Positions 32,238 to 43,288 of a stretch of 64,000 bases of DNA are shown one piece after another. The stretch lies in contig CAVYVL010000005.1 of assembly GCA_963771975.1 (NCBI GenBank), positions 156,666 through 220,665 on the forward strand, in the 5' to 3' direction. Made by a program: the position numbers and the translations under genes. The stretch's first letter is position 1, and the number at the start of each line of letters is the position of its first letter. The notes beneath the pieces were generated by a model that made no database searches, was not told the origin of the DNA, and saw only the letters and a program-made list of their open reading frames with translations. The DNA comes from an uncultured Alphaproteobacteria bacterium (lineage in GTDB: Bacteria > Pseudomonadota > Alphaproteobacteria > Rhizobiales > Amorphaceae).

Positions 32238-32271
32238 CACTCACCTACCTGTCGCTGAAGTGTGACCGCCT

Positions 32272-32300
32272 ACGTATGGACGGGGTGGGGGAGCGTCAAG
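32272..32300 (-). promoter_or_regulatory. Putative RpoH-type promoter for trxA-grpE
   Basis: Minus strand CTTG-N17-CCATACGT, with the same spacing as the dnaK promoter. Confidence 0.5.
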
Positions 32301-35300
32301 CAGCGGGCGCCATGCCAATCTGCGGGAGCACCTCGTCCATCTGCATGATCGTCGCGTTGGCGGTCCACACGATGGCGGTCGAAATCGTGCGATCGGGCAG
32401 CATCTGGCGCACCAGAGCGCGGTAGATCGCGAGCTGCTGACGGTAGGCGAAGGGCGCGTCGGCGGCGCGGCGGGGCACGATGCGGTCGGTCTTGTAATCC
32501 ACAATCATTGCCGCGCCGGGGGACAACTGCAACCGGTCGATGCGGCCGCTGGCCCGCCGCACGGTTCCGTCGACGATGACGTCGCCGATCACGTCGACCT
32601 CGTGCCGCGCCGGGCCGGCGAGTTGGGGAAGCGCCAGGACGGCCCTGGCTTCGGCGGCGATCGCAGCGGCATCCTCGGGCGAAAGCTGGGGGTGGGCCTG
32701 GGCGACCCGGCGCACCATCGCGCTCGTCCCGCTCCAGGAGCAGGTGGAGGATGACGCCGAACGCGACGGCGTCGAGCGGCCGGCGGTCGACCACCGGCAC
32801 ACCGGAGGCCGCCAGATGCTCCGCGCCCGAGGGAACGAGAGGCTCGGGCGTCCTCCGCGTGATCACGGCGGGCGTGGTGAGCCAGGCGGTACGTGGCGGG
32901 GGCGGCGGAACTGGGCGCGGCGCCTCGGAGGTGGCCGCTGCACTCGGGGCAGGGTTGCGCCAGGCGAGGCCCTCGCCGCTCGGCATCGGCGCCGGTTCGC
33001 CGTCTGCGCCGAGCGCCGCCTGAACCACCTCGTGCCACATGCCGTCCTGCGGCTTGCGTTTGCCGTACGCACCGCAGACGACGAGGTGCTGCTCGGCTCG
33101 CGTCATGGCCACGTACAGCAGGCGGTAGTGCTCGGCGAGCTCGGCCTCGGACTTCCGGGCGAGCACCTCGCGCACCGCCGCGCTCTGGTAGTCCTTGCTG
33201 GGGGCGTAGACGAGCACGTCCTCGTAGCCGGGCGCCGGCGCGGGGACGGCCACCACAGCGCTGCGGCTCGGATTGGTCGCCTGGTAGCCGACGTCGGCGA
33301 GGAAGACGACCTTCGCCTCCAGCCCCTTGGAGCCGTGCGCCGTCATCACCCGCACCGCGTTCTGCGTTCCGTCAGCGACGCGGCGCAGCTCCGCCTTGGT
33401 CTTGGACAGGCGCATGAGGAACGTCTCGAGGGTCGGCACATCGCGCCCCTCGAACCCGAGCGCTTCGTCCAGAAAGGCGTCGAGCGCGTCCTCCGCCTCC
33501 GAGCCGAGACGGGCGGCGAAGTCGGCCCGCCGGCCTTCGCCCACCAGCACGGCGGAGAAGAAGTCGAACGGGCGCATGGTGCGGGCCATGCCGCGCCAGC
33601 GCGTCAAGGTCGTGTGGGCGGCGCGGACGGCGGGGTCCTCGGCCTCGGCGAGCGCCGCCATCAGCGAGCCTGCGCGGCCGTGGGCGACTGCGAACAGCGC
33701 CTCCTCCGTGAGCCCGAAGAGCGGGCTCTTCAGCACTGTGGCGAGCGAGAGGTCGTCGCGAGACAGCAGTGACCGCGCCAGCGCCACCATGTCCTGCACG
33801 GCGATGTGGTCCGTGATCGTCAGGCGGTCGGCGCCGGCGGTCGGGATGTGCCGCAGCTTCAGCTCGCGGTTCATCAGGCCGACGAAGCTGCCGCGCTTCC
33901 GCGTCAGGATCATGATGTCGCCCGGCGTCACGGGAGGCGTCCCGCCGGGGCCCTCGGTGCCGTCGCCGCCGGTGTCGGTCCAGTCCTCGATGGCGTCGGC
34001 GATGGCGCGCACCAGCTTGACCACCCCGGCGTTCTCCGGCGCCTGATCGAACGGCGCGTCCCAGGCCTCGGGCTGTTCGCTCTCCTCGTCATAGAACAGC
34101 GGCCAGAGGTCGACGCCGCCGGGGCCGTCCTTCACCGCCACGTGCCGCACCGCGCCAGGTGTCGTCCCCACCGCCGCGGCGAGGGTGCCGTCGGCGAACA
34201 CCCGGTCGACCGCCGAGAGGACCTGCGGCGCCGAGCGCATGGAGTGGGCGAGGTCGACGGCACGGAAGGTGAGGCCCGCCTCGGTGGCGACCTCGCGGTA
34301 GTGGCCGCGCTTCTCGCCGAAGAGCTGCGGCGCGGCGCCCTGGAAGGAGTAGATCGACTGCTTCTCGTCCCCCACGACGAACAGCGTGCGGTGGACCTCC
34401 TTGGCGCTGCGGCCGGCGAAGAACTCCTCCGTCAGTGCCTCGACGAGCTGCCACTGCGGCGGGGAGGTGTCCTGCGCCTCGTCGACCATGACGTGGTCGA
34501 TGCCCTCGTCGAGCTTGTAGCGCACCCAGGCGGCGGCGCTGCCGGACCGCACGAGATTCATCGCCGTCTCGATCTGCTCGTCGTAGTCGATCACGCCGCG
34601 GCGGCGCTTGGCGGCGGTCAGCTCCTCCTCGACCATGTAGGCGAGCTGCATCAGCGGCACGGTCGCCGCGATGGAGGCGGCGGCACGCTCGGCATCGGCC
34701 GCGGCGTCGAGCCGGGCATGTTCGCCGGCGATCAGCGATTCCAGCTCCGGCCACTCGTCGAGGGCCTTCTTGGGCGCGATGCCGCCGAGCTTGCGCGGCG
34801 CGCCGGAGGCGGTGAGGAAAATGTCGTTCCACAGCGCGTCGCGCTCGTCGGATACGCAGTTGAGCCACGCCTCGAGGCGTTCGCGCGAGGCCTTGGCGCC
34901 GCCCCCCGCCTTCAGCATCTCGTAGAGGCGGCGGCAGACGTCCTCGCCCAGCGGCGGCCCGGGATCGGGCGGGGCGAGCGCGCGGGTCAAATTCTGTGTC
35001 AGGCGTTCTGCCGAAGCGCCCATGCCGAGCCAGCGGATCAGCCGGCGCCGCTCCGCCAGCGCGGCCTTGAGGCTGCCGGAGAGGCCGAAGTCGGAGACGT
35101 GCGGCAGGATCGCGTCGATGAGGTCGCCGACGGGGCCGCCGGGGTCGATGGTGCCGCGGGCGAGCACGGTGGCGATGGCGCGGTCCGTCAGCTCCTCGCG
35201 CATCGGGTCGTCCAGAACCTGGAACGAGCCGGAGATGTTGGCCTCCAGCGGGAAACGCCGCAGGAGCGCCGCCGCGAAGGCGTGGATGGTCTGGACCTTG

Positions 35301-35659
35301 AGGCCGCCGGGAGTCTCCAGCGCCTCGGCGAAGAGGGTGCGGGCGCGCAGGGCCGCCGCGTCCGGGTCCGCGTCGGGCGCCAGCTTCGCCACCTCGCCGG
35401 CGAGGCGGTCGTCGGGCAGGGCGGCGAGGGTGGCGAGATTGGTGTAGACACGCTGCGCCATCTCGGCGGCGGCGGCGTTTGTGTAGGTGAGGCACAAGAT
35501 GGTGCGCGGCGCGACGCCGGACAGCAGCAGACGCACCACGCGCTGCGACAGGACGTAGGTCTTGCCCGCGCCGGCGTTGGCCGACACCCAGACGGAGGCG
35601 GCGGGGTCGGACGAGCTGCGCTGCGCGTCGTCAGCCTCGGGTGGAACGGACAGGCTCAT
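32296..35659 (-). CDS. addA: Double-strand break repair helicase/nuclease AddA (frameshift near 32720)
   Basis: SANAGAGKT, CLTYTNAAAAEM, VDEAQDT, VGDEKQSIYSFQGA, MTAHGSKGLE, RLLYVAMTRA and nuclease GRIDRL...VDYKT...QLAIY. Confidence 0.95.
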
Positions 35660-38527
35660 TCGTTCTGCCACTCCGCGGCTCGGGCGAGGTGGTCGAAGTC
35701 GCCCACGTCGACGTCGCGCATGGGGCGGGCGCGCGACAAATAGCCGTGGTCCTCGCACTGGTAGAGGGCGTGGAGCGCGGTCAGCCGGGCGCGCGCCTCG
35801 TCGGCGAGCGCGGCGGCATCGTCGGCGGCGACGCCGGCCCAGCGCACCGGATTGCGGCCCGCGCCGAGGGCGACGTAGGCGAGGCCCGTCAGCGGCAGCT
35901 CGGCCGGTGCGCCCGCCACCGCTCCGGCGCGCAGAAGCGCCGCCTCCAGCGGAAGCTGCGGCTCCAGGAAGGTCTTCACTTGCTTGCCGCTGGGCGGGTT
36001 GCCGGTCTTGTAGTCGATGATCTCGGCCCCGGCGGCGCCCATGTCGATCCGGTCGATCCGCCCGCGCAGGATAGGGCCGGGGGCGAGGTCGGTGGTGGCG
36101 GCGACCTCCACCAACGAGGCATCCGCCATCCCGGCGCGCTCCTGCTCGGCGGCCACCACGTACGGTGCCAGATAGCGAAGCCGCGCGCCCCACAGTGCCT
36201 GCGCTTCGGGGGCGAACGAAAGCGTGGCGATCGCGTCGTCGACGATGCGGCAGAACCGGGCCGCCGCGTCCGGCGCGCGGTGGTGGCCCTTGCCGATGAA
36301 CTCGGCCATGACGACGTGAAAGAGCTCGCCGCGGTCGCCCGCGCCCGGCTCCTGGTCCAGCTCCTCGAGCGGCTTCAGGTCGAGGATGCGGCGGGCGTAG
36401 ATCGCATAGGGGTCGCGCACCAGCCGGGCGACCTCGGTGACGGAGAACGACGTCGGCCGCGCGCTGACCGGCGGCTTGGGCTCCGGGCGCGGGGCGGGGC
36501 GGCCGGCTGGCCGCTCGTCCAGCATGGCGGCCCAGGCGGTGAGCGTGGCGCCACGCTCGCGCGCCGCGTTCGCGGCGGGGCCGGCGAATGCGGCGAGGCG
36601 CTGCCACCAGCGCGAGGCCACGGTCGGCTCGCCGGCGGCCTTGCGGGCGCGGGTCAGCGTCACGCGCGGCTGGTGCGCGGCGGTGAAGAAATCGTGCGCC
36701 GAGAGGCCGATGCGCCGCTCCGGCAGGTCGATGCCGAAGGCGCCCATCATCCCGCGGCTCATCCAAGGGCCAGTGTCCGGCGCGCCGGGCCAGGTGCCCT
36801 CGTTGAGCCCGCCGAGCACCGCGTGCTCGAACGACTGCAGCCGCGCCTCCAGCGGACCCAGGATGCGCACCGCATCGTCGAGCGGGCGGGCGCGCACGAC
36901 GATGCCGTCGATCAGCGCCTCGAAGGTGGCGGGCCAGTCGGACGCGGGGAGGGCGAGCTCGTCCCGCTCGGAGAGCTCGGTCAGCATGGTCAGCACCGCC
37001 TGAAGCGAGCCGAGGGCGGGGTCGGCCACCCGTTCCATTACCGTCTTCAGCGCCGTGGCGAAGGTGCCGACGCTCGAGAGGCCACCATCGATCTCCAGAA
37101 GCGGGGCATAATCGGCACGCACCGAGGCGGCCAACGTGGCGGCGGCGTCGCCTGCCGCTGCCATCGCGTCCAGCATGCGGCCGGGGTCGATCCGGGGGCC
37201 GCGCAGACGCCGCTCGACCTCGCCGACCGCGCCTCTCTCGGCCTCGAAACGGGCGCCGTCGTGCTTCAGGAGCGCCAGCCATTCCGCCGCGCTGCCGCCG
37301 AACGCGGTCGCCGCGACGAGCCGCGCGAGCACCCCGGCGGGTGTCACGGCCAGCGGCTCGCCGCCGAAGTCGTCGACGCGGATGTCCCACAGGCGCAGCT
37401 GGTGCGTGACGCGGCGGGCCAGCGCGCGGTGCGGGGTGATCAGCGCGACGGTCTCGCCGAGCGCCACCGACTGGCGCATGGCGAGCGCGATGGCGGCGGC
37501 CTCCTCGCGCTCGTCGGCGGCTTCGACCAGGGTGAGGCCGTCAAACGCTTCGGCGAGGCCTGCCGTCTCGCGATCCTCGCGCCAGGCGCCGGTGGCGGCG
37601 GCGGGGCGGAGGGCGGCGGCGACGGCTCTGGTGCGTGCGGCGGGGGTCGCCGAGGCCACCACGGGCGCAAGGCGGGCGACCTCGCCGGGGGCGATCCCCA
37701 GCGTGTCGACGAGCTGCTTCATGCCGTATTGCACGTGGCCGGGAGCGTCGTGCGCTTCGGCGAGCGCGTCCCAGTCGGCCGGAGTTGCCGCGCGGTCGAA
37801 TCCCGGCAGCACGACGACGCCCCAGGGGCTCCGGGCGATGGCGGCGATCAGGCGGCGCGTCGCCGGGATGGAGCCGGTGGAGCCCGCCACCACGATGGGG
37901 CCGCGCGCCTCGGCGATGTGGCGCTCGGCGGCCTCGGCGTCGGCGCGGCGGGCGGCGGCCTCGGTGATGCGCTCGGCGGCCGCGAGGTGCGCCGGCCAGG
38001 CCTCGGTGGCGATGGTCAGGAAATCGGTGGTGATCTTCCAATGCTCGGCAAGGTCGGTGCGCTCCACCAGACCCGGCAGGTCGCGCCAGTCCGCCTCCTG
38101 CGTTTCCACCTGGTCGAGCAGCGCCAAGAGGTCGTCGGCGAGGCGCACCGTGTCCGGCCCTGAGGTGGACACGAGCGGGCGCATGCCCTGTTCGCGCGGC
38201 TGGATCGCGTCCGCCCAGGAGCGCACCAGCCGCGCCAGCACCACGCGCGCCTCGAGCTGGCCCATGACGCCGCGGGCGCCCCTCGGGCTCCTCCTCCGGA
38301 TCGCCGAGCGCCTCGATGCGCGGCAGCGCGGTGGCGCGGCCGGGGGCGGCGTCGAGGAAGGCGGTGGCGAGCGCGCGGGCGGCGCGCCGGGTGGGGAGGT
38401 AGACGGTTGCGTCGGCCAGGGCGAGCGGATCGTCCGGCATGCCGTCCGGCCACAGCGTTCCGTCGGCGAGGCGCGCGGCCAGGGTCGGCAGGAACGGATC
38501 GACGGAGTCGACGGAGAGGACCCTCAC
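35656..38527 (-). CDS. addB: Double-strand break repair protein AddB (frameshift near 38275)
   Basis: PFLPTLA, YLPTRRAAR, AGSTGSIPAT, ILGPLEARLQ, PERRIGLSAHDF, DPYAIYA and GRIDRID...DYKTG...PQLPLEA. Confidence 0.95.
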
Positions 38528-39240
38528 GCGGCGCTGGCGCGGATCGCTCGCTCCGCGTCCTGTATGGCACGCGGCGTTCCCACGTGCAGCCACAGCCCGT
38601 CGAGCCGCACGCCGAAGAGGCGGCCGTTGGCGATCGACCGGTCGAAGATGTCGTTGAGGGAGAACACCTCCCCAGGCGGATCGGCGAGCGCCGCGGGCGA
38701 GATCATCGCGCAGCCGGCATAGACGAAGGGGGCTATGGTGAGCTCCCGCCGGCGCGTGAGGCGGCCGTCCGTCTTCAGGTCGAAGTCGCCCCGCCCGTCA
38801 TAGCCGACGGCGGTGACGGTCGGCGCCAGGACCAGCATCGCATCCATCCGCGCCGGATCGAAGGCGTCGATGACGCGCTGCATCGTCGACGACGCGCCCT
38901 CGATCCAGAAGGTGTCCGAGTTGGCGATGATGAACGGCTCGTCGCCCAGGAGCGGCAGCGCCTTGATGAGACCGCCGCCGGTGTCGAGCAGGCCCTTGCG
39001 CTCATCCGAGATCGTCACCCGGCCCGGCGAATGACGCCGCACGTGCACCTCGATCATGTCGGCGAGGTAGTGCACGTTGACGACGTATCGCGTCACCCCG
39101 GCGCTCTGAAGGCGGTCGAACACGTGGTCGATCATCGCCCGCCCCATCACCTCGATCAGCGGTTTCGGGGTGATCGCCGTGAGCGGCCGCATCCGCGTGC
39201 CACGCCCGGCCGCGAAGATCATCGCTGAGAGACCGCTCAT
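38524..39240 (-). CDS. murU: Nucleotidyltransferase (MurU-like, N-acetylmuramate-1-P uridylyltransferase)
   Basis: AMIFAAGRGTRMRPLT..PKPL, VNVHYLAD, LLDTGGG and WLHVGTP; adjacent to an AmgK-like domain. Confidence 0.85.
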   Translation of the reverse strand: MSGLSAMIFAAGRGTRMRPLTAITPKPLIEVMGRAMIDHVFDRLQSAGVTRYVVNVHYLADMIEVHVRRHSPGRVTISDERKGLLDTGGGLIKALPLLGDEPFIIANSDTFWIEGASSTMQRVIDAFDPARMDAMLVLAPTVTAVGYDGRGDFDLKTDGRLTRRRELTIAPFVYAGCAMISPAALADPPGEVFSLNDIFDRSIANGRLFGVRLDGLWLHVGTPRAIQDAERAIRASAA

Positions 39241-40697
39241 GCGCTCATGACGTCCGAATGGGTGGCGAACCAGTCGGCCAGCGGCGCGAGGGACGGTTCG
39301 GCGGTGAGGTTTTTCGCCAGCGCGCGGCGCACGCGGGGGAGGTGGGCGAGGTACTGGGGCTTGCCGTCCCGGTCGTTGAGCCGGCGGAAGACGCCCAGCA
39401 CCCGCGTCGCCCGCTGTGCGCCGAGCACGTGGTAGGCGCGCTTGAACGGGGCGGGATCGACCCCCGGCCGGGCCGCGAGATAGCGCGCCACGAGTTCGGC
39501 CTCGACGTCGTCCGGGACGTCGATCCGGGCGTCCTGGGCGAGGGAGACCATGTCGTAGGCGCTGGGTGCGATCATGGCGTCCTGATAGTCCAGAAAGCCG
39601 ATCCGGGAAATTCCTTCTTCGCCTTCTCGCCACATCAGGTTGGGCGAGTGGAAATCGCGCAGCGCCAGCCGGTCGTCGTCGCGCGGCAGGTCCTCGATAA
39701 CGGCGCGCCACATCGCGGCATAGTCCGGGTCGAGCGGGGCGCGTTGATACCACTGCGCGAAAAGCGCGACCTCGATGGCCGAGAGGTCGGCGTCGAACCG
39801 CGGTGGCTGGTAGGGCGGCGGGCCTGGCAGCGGCAGCGCGGGCGGCGCCTCGTGGAAGGCGGCCAGCGCCTCGGCGGCGACGGCGTAGCGCTCGGGATAG
39901 ATGCCGGTGGGGCTGGCGATCTTTTCGTCGCCGAAGTCTTCCATCAGAAGAAAGCCTTCGACCATGTCCACGGCGATGCTGACGGGGGCGACCAACCCTG
40001 CGCTGCGAAGGGCCGCGCCCAACGCCAGGAACGCGCCGAGATTGCCGTCGGCGAGGCGGGCCCGGACGGGGTAGCTGTCCGGCCCCGGCGTGAAGACGGG
40101 CGAGTCCATCAGCACGGCGCGGGACGTGCTGCCGCTGACGCGGGAGTAGCCTCGGGTCGAGGCATCGGTCTTGAGCGGCTGGCGGTGCGCCTCGCCCCAG
40201 CCAGCGCCGGCCAGGAACGCGGTGGCGGCGCGCTGGCGCTGCAGCCGCGCGGCCCAGGCGGGCGGGGCGGTGACGGTGATCTGCCGCGCGCATTCATCGG
40301 CACCGAAGCTGATCTGGATGGTCACGGGGAGCGCCTCGCGCGGCCACTCGATCAGCTCGGCGGCGTCGTCTTCGCCGAGGCCCAGTTCCGCAATGTCCCC
40401 GCCCTCGACGCGATAGAGATCGACGTGCCGCACGTGTGGCGTCAGCTCGGGATAGTCCTGGACGATGGTGAAGGTGGGGCTCGGCACCTCGAATGCCGGA
40501 TCCCCGGCGAGGCTGCGCAAGGTCGCCCGCGCCAGGGTCGATTTTCCGGCGCCAAGATCGCCGACGAGGCCGACCCGGTCGCCCTTGCGCAAGGTGCTGG
40601 CGAGCTCGGCGCCGAAGGTCGCCATCTCGTCCTCGCTGGCGATGGCGATCTGGATGGCGACGGGGGGCTCGTCGGCGGTGGTCGCGGGGCTGGTCAT
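39237..40697 (-). CDS. tsaE: TsaE (t6A ATPase)-AmgK-like phosphotransferase fusion
   Basis: N-terminal GDLGAGKST, VPSPTFT, HVDLYR and LIEWP; C-terminal DASTRGY, LRDFHSPNL, LDYQDA, YDMVSL and GVFRRL..RDGK. Confidence 0.9.
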   Translation of the reverse strand: MTSPATTADEPPVAIQIAIASEDEMATFGAELASTLRKGDRVGLVGDLGAGKSTLARATLRSLAGDPAFEVPSPTFTIVQDYPELTPHVRHVDLYRVEGGDIAELGLGEDDAAELIEWPREALPVTIQISFGADECARQITVTAPPAWAARLQRQRAATAFLAGAGWGEAHRQPLKTDASTRGYSRVSGSTSRAVLMDSPVFTPGPDSYPVRARLADGNLGAFLALGAALRSAGLVAPVSIAVDMVEGFLLMEDFGDEKIASPTGIYPERYAVAAEALAAFHEAPPALPLPGPPPYQPPRFDADLSAIEVALFAQWYQRAPLDPDYAAMWRAVIEDLPRDDDRLALRDFHSPNLMWREGEEGISRIGFLDYQDAMIAPSAYDMVSLAQDARIDVPDDVEAELVARYLAARPGVDPAPFKRAYHVLGAQRATRVLGVFRRLNDRDGKPQYLAHLPRVRRALAKNLTAEPSLAPLADWFATHSDVMSA

Positions 40698-40765
40698 GCG
40701 CGCAGGGTCATGCGGGGGGCGCTCGTGCGGCGAGAGGTCATGCGCGCCCGGTCATAGAGGGGCAA

Positions 40766-43051
40766 TCAGGCCGCGTCGAGCAGCGGCGTCTCCACGCCCG
40801 CCTGCTGGCGCGGAAAGCGGACGACAAGCTCGGCGCCCGGGCCGCCGGTCGGCGCCACCGAGACCGTGCCGCCATGCAGCTCGACGAAGCTCTTCACCAG
40901 CGACAGGCCGAGGCCGACGCCGCGCCGCCGCCCATGCGAGCCGGAGGTGTTGAAGCGTTCGAACACCGCCTCGGCGTTGTCCTCGCTGATGCCGGGGCCG
41001 TAGTCGCGCACCGAGAGCGCCACGTAGTCGCCATCGCGGCGGGAGGCCACGGTGACGGCTCCGCCTTGGGGCGAATGGCTGACGGCGTTGGAGACGAGGT
41101 TGAAGAGCACCTGGCGCACGCGCATCTCGTCGCCGGCGAACACGCGGGCGTCGTCGGCGAGGTCGAGCTGCACGTCGAGCGCCGCCTCGACGATGCGGTC
41201 CTTCAGCCCGTCCAGCACCTGGCGCAGCGTGGCGGTGACGTCCACCGGCCCGATGGTCAGCTCCATCACGCCGGCATCGATGGAGGCGAGGTCGAGCACC
41301 CCGTCGATGATGACGAGTAGCGCCTCGGACGAGGTGAGGACGAAGTTGGCGTAGTCCCGCTGCTTGGGCGAGAGATCCCCCGTCTCCGGCCGGGTCAGGA
41401 GCTGGGTGAAGCCGATGATGGAGTTGAGCGGCGACCGGAGCTCGTAGGAGACGTGCTCGATGAAGGCGTTCTTCAGCCGGTCCGCCTCGACCAGCGCGTT
41501 GTTGCGGTCCACCAGCGCCTTGGCGATGTTCACCGAGTCGGTCACGTCGGAGAACGTGGCGAGCGTCGACCCGTCGGGAAGCGGCGAGAACGCATAGTCG
41601 AGCGTGCGGCCGCTCGCGCGCTCCATCCGCCCGCCGGTGGGGGTGCGGTGATCGGTGAGGCCGGTGACGCGCTCGGTGAGGGCGGCCCAGATGCCGGCTT
41701 CCCCCTCGGGCGCCTGGGCGGCGATGGTGTTGACGTGCTCGCCGATCTCCACCTGCGGCGTGTCGGTGAGGGTCCAGAAGGCCGGGTTGGCGAGGCGCAG
41801 CAGCCCGTCCGGTCCGAAGCTCGCGATGCCTTCGCCCAGATTGTCGATCGTCTCGGCCTGGACACGCGACAGGGCGTTGTACTGCCGCTCCAGCGCGAGC
41901 TGCTGGGTGACGTTCTCGTAGACGTAGGTGACGCCGCCATCGGCGCCGGGGTTGGCGACGACCCGCAGGGTCTGCCCGTCCGGCAGGTGCCACCAGCGCT
42001 CGAAGCTTTCGCGCGTCTCGTAGCCCTTGAGCTGGTCGCGCTTCCAGGCCTTGAAGTCGGCCGTCTCCGGCAGGCGCCGCTCGGCGCGCAGGCGGTCGAG
42101 CACCTGGTCCTCGAACGGGGTCTGATCGAGGAACGCGCCGTCCAGCTCGAAGAGGCGCTGGAGGGCCGCGTTGTGGAAGACGAGCCGCCGGTCGGGCCCA
42201 TAGATGGCGATGGCGGTGGCGAGGAGATCGAACGTCGCGGCGTGGCTCTCCAGCGCCCGGGCCTGCACGCTCATCGCCTGCACGGTGTCGGTCACGTCGA
42301 CCGCGAGCGCGGCGAGGGTGCCCTCCCGCAGCTCGGCGCTGACGTCGAGATGGCGGCGCTCGCCGGCGACCACGGTCTGCACGCGCTCGTGGACGGGGCC
42401 GGCGGTCGTGCCGGCGCCGAGCTGGGCGCGGGCGTTGGCGTCGAGCAGGGAATCGCCCGCGTCCTTTGAAATGCTGGCGGCCGAACCCACCGCTCGCGCA
42501 TAGGACGGGTTGGACCAGACCATCGCGCCGGTCTCGCCCTCGACCCACGCCGGATACGGGGCGGCGGCGATCAGTGCGCGCAGGCGTCCAGTGGGATCGT
42601 TCGGCGCGTCGACGCCGACCTCGGGCGCCGGCTCGACGAAGATGGTGAGGTGCCCGCCTTCGAGCGAACCACTGATGATGCGCGGGGCGTCGGCGCCCTC
42701 GCCATCGCCCTGAAAACGGCCGCTGATGTCAAGGTCGCTGGTGTCGATGCGGAAGGGCTCGCCGGTGCGGCGCGTCTCTGCGGCTGCCGCGGCGAGGGCG
42801 CCCGAGCCCGACAACGCGGCGACGACCTCGGCCGGAACGTCGCCGCAGCGGATCGTTTCACCGCACGGGGTGATACGGGCCGCGCCCAGCGCACCGCGGG
42901 CGAGCGCGAGGTCGGCGAGGGCGATCTGCGCGTCGATCGTTGCGCGATCCGCCACCGCGCGATCGGCCGCGCGCGTCGCCAGCCGCGCCCGCGCCACGAC
43001 GATGCCGGCCAGCGCGCTCGCCGCCGCCGTCACGGCCCAGGCCGTCAGCAT
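40766..43051 (-). CDS. divL: PAS-domain atypical histidine kinase, DivL-like
   Basis: Several PAS/PAS_7 repeats; H-box HVSYELRSPL with Tyr at the phospho-His position as in DivL; N/D/G boxes (NLVSNA, DYGPGI, GLGLS). Located upstream of tsaE-murU-addB-addA. Confidence 0.8.
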   Translation of the reverse strand: MLTAWAVTAAASALAGIVVARARLATRAADRAVADRATIDAQIALADLALARGALGAARITPCGETIRCGDVPAEVVAALSGSGALAAAAAETRRTGEPFRIDTSDLDISGRFQGDGEGADAPRIISGSLEGGHLTIFVEPAPEVGVDAPNDPTGRLRALIAAAPYPAWVEGETGAMVWSNPSYARAVGSAASISKDAGDSLLDANARAQLGAGTTAGPVHERVQTVVAGERRHLDVSAELREGTLAALAVDVTDTVQAMSVQARALESHAATFDLLATAIAIYGPDRRLVFHNAALQRLFELDGAFLDQTPFEDQVLDRLRAERRLPETADFKAWKRDQLKGYETRESFERWWHLPDGQTLRVVANPGADGGVTYVYENVTQQLALERQYNALSRVQAETIDNLGEGIASFGPDGLLRLANPAFWTLTDTPQVEIGEHVNTIAAQAPEGEAGIWAALTERVTGLTDHRTPTGGRMERASGRTLDYAFSPLPDGSTLATFSDVTDSVNIAKALVDRNNALVEADRLKNAFIEHVSYELRSPLNSIIGFTQLLTRPETGDLSPKQRDYANFVLTSSEALLVIIDGVLDLASIDAGVMELTIGPVDVTATLRQVLDGLKDRIVEAALDVQLDLADDARVFAGDEMRVRQVLFNLVSNAVSHSPQGGAVTVASRRDGDYVALSVRDYGPGISEDNAEAVFERFNTSGSHGRRRGVGLGLSLVKSFVELHGGTVSVAPTGGPGAELVVRFPRQQAGVETPLLDAA

Positions 43052-43288
43052 CGGAGCCTCCCGCGTGGCGCGTCGCTCATCCCATCTCCGTTCGGCGAAT
43101 CGGGCCGGAGGATAACGCCATCCGGCGCCGAGCGAAACGCATCCAGCGCGTCACGGCCGCCCACCCCACAGGAGCCGCACCAATCGCGCCCGCCACGCCG
43201 CAGGCTGCCGATTTCGCATGCAAAGACGTGCAACATGCCAAGCGAGCAGCTACATTCCGCCGACCCCGCCTGTTGCCAGGAGCCTGCG

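Noticed and set aside
33806-38722. Long antisense or alternate-frame ORFs (e.g. 33806-35743, 35641-38163; also the 5' part of 25214-27721 and 28594-30507)
   Set aside because: These are shadow ORFs expected in very GC-rich DNA, opposite well-supported genes, and they have no motifs.
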